Assembly: GCA_001599295.1 (NCBI GenBank)
Contig: BCGN01000008.1
Location: forward strand, 62,001-126,000
DNA length: 64,000 nt
Direction of reading: 5' to 3'
From: Sporopachydermia quercuum
Taxonomy: Eukaryota
In this document: piece by piece, positions 57,422 to 64,000 of the stretch
Numbering within the stretch: the first letter of the stretch is position 1
Layout of the letters: each line of letters opens with the position of its first letter
Program-made: the position numbers and the translations under genes
The notes under the pieces: generated by a model
Told to the model about the DNA's origin: nothing
Databases searched by the model: none
The model's input: the letters and a program-made list of their open reading frames with translations, nothing else

Positions 57422-59975
57422 TCAAGCCTTTTCTGCTGCTTCTCTTCTCAAATTTCCAATATAATTAATCGCACTTCCAGCTTTGAAGAACTCTACTTGA
57501 TCCTTAGACATTGTATGCTTAACTTTGAAATTATGCACAGTACCATCTTTCTTTGTAAGTTTGATAGTTAAGAACCCACCATTGTTGCCATCTTTTTCTA
57601 ACATATCTAATAAATCAACGGTTTCTAAAATATCACCAGATGAAATTAAATCATAATCAGATTCATCTGCAAATGTAACTGGCAACATACCTTGCTTCTT
57701 CAAATTAGTTTCGTGAATTCTGGCAAAACTCTTGGTAAGAATCATCTTACCACCTAAGAATCTTGGTTGTAAGGCAGCATGTTCTCTTGCTGAACCTTCA
57801 CCATAATTGTGCTCGGCAACGACAACCCAAGGTCTATGTTCAGATTTCCATTTCATCATCAATTCAGGTATTCCATATCCTGTTCCATCATAATCATAAG
57901 CCTTGTTGACTTCACCAGTTTCCTTGTTCTGAGCTCCAATCAAGGTATTGTATGAAATGTTCTCTAAATGACCTTTATATTTTAGCCAAGCACCTGCTGC
58001 TGAAATATGATCAGTAGTACATTTACCTTCAACTTTCATTAGAACTGCCAATTTCAACTCCTTGAAGTCAAATGGCTCAAATGGCTCTAGCAATTGTAAT
58101 CTATCGGATTCGGTGGAAACGGCTACTTCTACTTCTGGTTCAGGACTTGGATCAATAACAGGGTAAAATTCTTTTCTACCAAGAACAAATCCATGTCCTG
58201 GTAATTCATCACCATAAGGAGCAACGAATTTAAACTCATTACCTTCCGCATCTGTTAAACTATCAATTAAAGGATTGAAATCCATTTTACCAGAGTAGAT
58301 CATTGCAGTAACAATTTCAGGAGATGTTAAGAAGTTCATAGTGTTAGGATTACCGTCATTTCTAGCCCTGAAGTTTCTGTTGAAAGATGTCATGATAGCA
58401 TTCTTTTCACCTGACTTTTTTGAGATATCATGTCTATCCCATTGGCCAATGCAAGGACCGCAGGCATTAGCTAAGACAGTGGCACCAGCTTCAGTGAAAA
58501 CACTGGTTAAACCATCTTTTTCTATAGTAGCTCTGATCTGCTCAGAGCCAGGAGTAATAAAGAAAGGAATTTTTGGCTTGACACCTCTTTCAGTTGCTTG
58601 TCTAACAAGAGAAGCAACACGAGACATATCTTGGTATGAGGAGTTGGTGCAAGAACCAATTAAACCAGCAGAAACATCACTGGGCCAATCGTTTTCCTTT
58701 GCAGATTCACCGAATTTACTAATAGGAGTAGCGAGATCAGGAGTGAAGGGGCCATTTATGTGAGGTTCTAGAGTGGAAAGGTCGATTTCAACAACTTGAT
58801 CATATTCAGCATCTTCATCAGCTTGTAAAAATCCATAGCCTTCATTAGCGGCTTGAGCAGCAGCAGCCAAAGGAACTCTATTGGTTGCTTCTAAGTACCG
58901 TTTCATAGAAGGTTTGAAAGGGAATGTTGAAGTGGTAGCACCAACTTCAGCACCCATATTACAAATTGTAGCCATACCTGTGCAAGATAAAGTATCAACA
59001 CCTTCACCAAAATATTCAATGATAAAACCAGTACCACCTCTAACTGTCAATTTNCCGGCTAAATAGGTAATAACATCCTTTGGAGAAGTCCAACCGTTAA
59101 ATTGACCTGTCAATTTAACTCCTAAAACTTTTGGTGCTTTCAGTTCCCATGGTGTACCAGTTAAAGCATCAACAGCATCAGCACCACCAACACCAATAGC
59201 GATGGCACCTAAACCACCAGCATTAGGAGTATGTGAATCAGTGCCAAGCATCATTAAACCTGGAACTGAAAAGTTTTCTAAAACAATTTGATGGATAATA
59301 CCTGAACCTGGTCCCCAGAACTGAATAGCGTACTTTTCTGCACATGACTGTAAAAAATCGAAGACTTCTTTATTGGTAGCAATAGAAGAATGTAAATCAT
59401 CCTCAGCACCCTTATCACCAACAATTAAATGATCGCAATGAATAGAGGCTGGAACCGCTGTTGATGCTAACCCACAGGTCATGAATTGTAATAATGCCAT
59501 TTGAGCTGAAGCATCTTGCATAGCAACTCTGTCTGGGTTCAACTTCAAATAAGTTTCTCCCCTCACATTNCCCTTTTTACCGTCTAATTCGTGAGGATTA
59601 ACCAAATGTGAGTATAAAATCTTTTCTGCCAAAGTCAATGGAGTATCTAGAATTTCTCTTACTGTATCCAGTCTGCCAATCAAGTCTGCATATGGTGGTG
59701 CTCTGGACTTGAACTCTGGTGGTACGGAGAGATTGGCATTAACGATTGTAGCTAGACTTCGATTACCCTAATAGATTGTTAGTTTTAATTCAAATTACAG
59801 ATAAGTGTTGACTAGTCTCCGTATCTGAATAACAAGCAGATGGGTACTTCCGTTGATGTTTATCTACTTGTAATCTCACCCTCATTCAACTTCAGTTCTC
59901 ACACGACACCCAAATGATTACGTTACATACCAAAACTCTGGGTAGAGTTCTTTTAGCAGCTTTGAAAGATAGCAT
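57422..59975 (-). CDS. ACO2: Mitochondrial aconitase 2 / homocitrate dehydratase, 2 exons: 59975-59931, 59767-57422
   Basis: Presequence exon [15 protein letters not shown]; intron [71 protein letters not shown]. Aco2-type residues. Confidence 0.93.
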
Positions 59976-60693
59976 GGTTTCTTTATATAATATTTAACCT
60001 CTTCTGATCTTCTTTTGTTACCTCAGGTAATCAACGATCAACTATGAAAGCAATGTTGATTTGTTAACCTTTACCTGATTGCAATTAATCGCGAGGACTG
60101 CTAAAGCAAATGAACCAATCAAAGATTTATNATCCTTGCGTTTTCCTTACCTCTCACTGTTTTTCACAACCACTCTTGTCAAGCTCGTTCCTCTTAGATT
60201 CCTGATCATCATTGTAGGATTTATNCCACTGTAAAGTGCCATTTTCTCCATTTTTCAATCAATCTTTAGTATTTTAATCTACCCTCCATACAAATAATTT
60301 TTCCCTTTCGGGAGACATTTGAATAAAATTTTCACTTTTCAAATCATCTTGACGATACCCCACCCATATTTTCCTTTAAGGGGATATTAGCAATAAACCT
60401 TAACCGTTGAATAAGCGATTTCAGAGCTACTTTGATTGGTTATTGCACAAGATGAAATTGATTATTGATTATGTAATCTTAAATGAAATCGAAACATGCA
60501 CCCAGACATCATGTCTCATTATATGGGACAGTTCGATTATGGTTGTGACTAGATTTGTGATGATAGAGAAAAAGGAAAGAGTATATGGATGGGAGATAAA
60601 GGAGAAAAGATAGAAAAATTGTGGGGGATCAGCTATGAGCCGCAGTGTATTAACCATCAGGGAAGGCAATTTGGATCAGGTTGAAATTGAATC

Positions 60694-61514
60694 ATGACAG
60701 AAACAAGTGGAAGTGTAGCTGAAGTGCCGAACTCCGCTAACGAAACGTATGTTTGAAGATGTGAGATATGGTAAAGATGATTGAATGGTAGATGTAGCTA
60801 ACAGCGTATTATAGGGTCTATATAAGGAATCTGAAAGAAAAAACGTCGATCCCAAAGCTGAAAGAACGGCTGATTGAAAGTTTCTCAAAATATGGTAAAG
60901 TACTCTCGGTTACAGCGCATTCAAACCTACGGATGCGAGGACAGGCTTTCGTAGCCTTTAACAGCATCGAAGCGGCAGAAAAAGCGGTAGAAGAGATGAA
61001 TGGAAAAGTGATAGACAATAAGCCAATAGAGGTACGATTTGCGAAGACGAACAGTGATACGGTTGTTAAGGAGAAGGAGCCTGAGAAGGTGTTTTTAGAA
61101 AGAGTTGCTAAACGTCAAGCCGCCAAAGAACGGTTAGAAGCTTTGAAGCTGAAAGCAAGATCAGTTCAAGGACTAGCAAATACTAATATGAGAATAGTAG
61201 GAGAAGGTGGTGTTAAAAGAGCAGCTCCTCCTGATGTTTCTAAACCTTCAAAGAAGGTGAAGGAGAACAAAAATGAATATAATCCTCCTTATAAGATTCT
61301 ACTCGTTCAAAATATACCAAAGGGAGTCTTAACAGAGCAACTGGAGGAGACATTCGGCAAATTATCAGGGTTCGTTGAAGTGAGGCATGTTGCTATTCGA
61401 AATTTGGCATTTGTTGAATTTGAAACTGATGAGGATGCTATAAATGCGAAAGAACAAACGTTAGCCTTACAATTGGAAGATCATACAGTTTCAATCTCAT
61501 ATGCTAAACAATGA
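60694..61514 (+). CDS. MUD1: U1 snRNP A protein (two RRMs), 2 exons: 60694-60746, 60815-61514
   Basis: Spliced ...NET-VYIRNLKEK...FSKYGKVL...AHSNLRMRGQAFVAF...RFAKTNSD; second RRM PPYKILLVQNIP...LAFVEF...ISYAK. Intron GTATGT..AGCTAAC..TAG. Convergent with CBP6, as YBR119W/YBR120C are. Confidence 0.85.
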
Positions 61515-61763
61515 TTCCAAATATTCATCAAAACTCACCAAAGATACATCGGATCTTCCTAATAGAATTATTCACAAGTACTTCTTCTTACATTCATAGT
61601 TATTGTAATTATATCACATCTATTTTTTACGTTGTTGACATCGAAATTATTTATAAACTGATATGTCATAGCATAATATGTACAAGGTAATAATCCTTTG
61701 CAGTTTTCACATAAAAAATAACTTCCAAATTGCTAAATCTTTGTAAATAAGAAAGGCTATGAT

Positions 61764-62252
61764 CTATGATTTTCCTGTCAAAACAACCATCATAGCCTTC
61801 CAGAATGGCACCTTCTTTTGTTCAGGCGACAGTTGCTCTAGTAGAGCTTCATAGTACCTCGGATTACCTTTTGGAGAAGTCAACTTGTCACTGATAGGAT
61901 ATTTATTCTTATAAGCATTAGATTTGAACGTTTCGATTACTGCAGCCTGTGTAGTTAAAAACTTCTGAAATTCATCGTCTTTTATTTTAGTGGCCTCTTC
62001 TGTTGAGATTCCGAGAACTGCACTCTTAGCTTTGGTTAATATACCAACATTCTTGAGCTCCACAGAGGTCTTGTTATCTTCAGCTGGTAATGCAACATCT
62101 TTTCCATTTATGATATCAATCCCACTTTGAAACCTTTCTGTTTGTAGGTCTTTAAATGAAGCATAAAACTTGACTGTATCTCTCTCTAATCCATTTAATG
62201 ATTTCACCACCGTTTCCATCAACTTCTTAGTACTTTGTCCTTTAAGCGCCAT
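61764..62252 (-). CDS. CBP6: Cytochrome b translation/assembly factor Cbp6
   Basis: SFKDLQTERF, NAYKNKYPISDKLTSPKGNPRYYEALL...FWKAMMVVLTGK; 162 aa. Confidence 0.88.
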   Translation of the reverse strand: MALKGQSTKKLMETVVKSLNGLERDTVKFYASFKDLQTERFQSGIDIINGKDVALPAEDNKTSVELKNVGILTKAKSAVLGISTEEATKIKDDEFQKFLTTQAAVIETFKSNAYKNKYPISDKLTSPKGNPRYYEALLEQLSPEQKKVPFWKAMMVVLTGKS

Positions 62253-62975
62253 GGTCGAATACTACCAATGCAAACCTAACCTCAGTGTCGATTCAACTAC
62301 TTCTAGTTGTTTCCTTGAGTCTTACTTCCTTTCAGCTGAAAAGCCTTCACAAATCTCTTCATATAACGAGTACTCGCGTCGTTATCATTAACAGTATTTT
62401 ATCAAATATTCTGGTTCCATTCTTTCGTTTTTTTGCTATTGATACTGTTAATAAATTTGCAAGGTTTACAAAGCAAAGACGGAAGACTTGTCTCAACTCA
62501 GGGCTGTGTGTATAATATCGGAAATTATAACAAAATCTTACATCATTTCCGAATCACACAAACTCTAATGGAATCCTAACACTATCACAATAATTGGGGT
62601 AAAAATCTACCTTATCTGACTTACTATTATCAATTATTACAACTAGCATAGATGAACAAGAATATTTCCGTTAGAACTGCAATTGATAACCGTATAGTCA
62701 TAGTATACTGATGAGAAAACAATCAAGACTATGTTGTATTATTATAGACTACCATAAAGTCATCTTCACTTCTTCTTCCGTTTTCTGGTTGATCTTATTT
62801 GCTCTATCAGTGAATGGCCAGAGCTGGGTAGCTACGTCCTCATTGGTGTGGGTAACTATCATATTAATGAACGCTTCAATTAATAATCGGAACACTATTA
62901 ACACCAGGTTGTATGGTTATGATTCGCAAATTGCTCAGCCAATTTCAGGAGGTATTGTAGAGAAAAGACAAAAAA

Positions 62976-64000
62976 ATGAATATCAACGGAAATTATGTTC
63001 AAAGTATGTATTTCACATTGATTATGATCAATATACGAAGACGTCTACTAAATGAGCTCATTCTTGAAAAAAGATACTAACCAACCAAATAGGGCGCGGG
63101 ATAAATACACAAAACATATGCATTGCGTGCTCAAGAACTACATCTTCATCAGCAAATCAAATCATTTCCTGTGATGACTGTGGAAGTCCCTATCATCAGT
63201 TGTGTCATATTCCTCCTATTGATAGAATAGCAGTTGAAATCGCGGACGCAAAATGGTACTGTAAAGACTGTTCATTTGCTAGAGGGGAAATTCCTTTACA
63301 AACAGGAAAGGCAGGTATTGAGTATTCAAGGCAAACGAAAAGAACTTATTTGGCTACGTTATCGAAATCTCAACTAATAGAACTTTTGCTCTACTCTGAA
63401 TCTTTATACCCGAATTTGCCTATATATTCTTCTCGATTAGCTGCAATTGCTTCTAGAATGAAAGAATCAGCACAACATAAAGAACAACTGACGCCCATAG
63501 CACCATCACCTGAAGATGCTACTAGTTTGATAGCTGATGTCGATTTTGAAGATGTAGTGTGTCATGTGTTACAGGAGAAATGTAGTTCCGCATATGCACC
63601 AGAATCAAACTTCGATTGCAATTCACTACAACATTCAGAACTATCTGAGTCTGGTTTAACACTACCTACGATCGTCACTGGTGTTATTGATTGGCTATCC
63701 TCATCAGAAGTATATGAACCAATAGTGCATTTACAACTTCATCGTACATCTGAATTCCTTTATGCACTGACATCAGCATTACAAGCAACTATCAAATCTA
63801 ACAAGATAATAAAACAGGGAAATGCATATTTTTTGCATCCCAATTATAAATCTAATCTCAACTATAATTCTATAAATATTCTCAGTGAGAACGATGCAGC
63901 TATGTTTGATAGCACATTGTCTAAGGTAACAGGAGTATTTGAACCAATACAATTGAACTCAACATCTTTCAACATTCCTGAACAAAGAACAAACGTTATG
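62976..64000 (+). CDS. PHD-finger protein, Phf1/Phf2-like, partial; exons 62976-63003 and 63093 to window end
   Basis: Spliced MNINGNYVQR-RGINTQNICIACSRTTSSSANQIISCDDCGSPYHQLCHIPPID...AKWYCKDC (C4HC3). Intron GTATGT..TACTAAC..TAG, 89 nt. Frame stays open to the window end. Missed by the ORF track. Confidence 0.82.

Noticed and set aside
62711..63055. 114-aa ORF from the track
   Set aside because: It overlaps the first exon and intron of the PHD gene in a different frame and has no recognisable features.

Overview
AT-rich, gene-dense nuclear DNA from a budding yeast (Saccharomycotina). It uses the standard genetic code: CTG falls on conserved Leu positions. It is fairly intron-rich, with 13 introns reconstructed by hand in 8 genes. 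About 23 protein genes: BOI1/2, CDC27, TMN3, LSM4, TFS1, CKS1, WWM1, a small Ser/Thr-rich ORF, STE5, SPO71, an intracellular LysM protein, a mitochondrial PPR-like protein (CBP1 candidate), RNH203, NCE101, PEX2, an F-box protein, RCY1, ECM25, a BUD5-like RasGEF, an orphan ORF, ACO2, MUD1 (U1A), CBP6, and a PHD-finger gene cut by the window end. I saw no tRNA, rRNA, transposon or CRISPR. Main observations: (1) an in-frame Arg-rich 69-codon extension upstream of TFS1 that looks like a mitochondrial presequence; (2) a Phf1/Phf2-like PHD gene missed by the ORF track; (3) microsynteny with S. cerevisiae, including genes that flank MAT in Saccharomycetaceae, coinciding with a cluster of ambiguous bases and a possible decayed relic; (4) a compact Ste5 with a His-to-Asp RING ligand change. 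Gene names come from recognised motifs and recalled synteny, not database searches. No clear novel multi-gene system was found.
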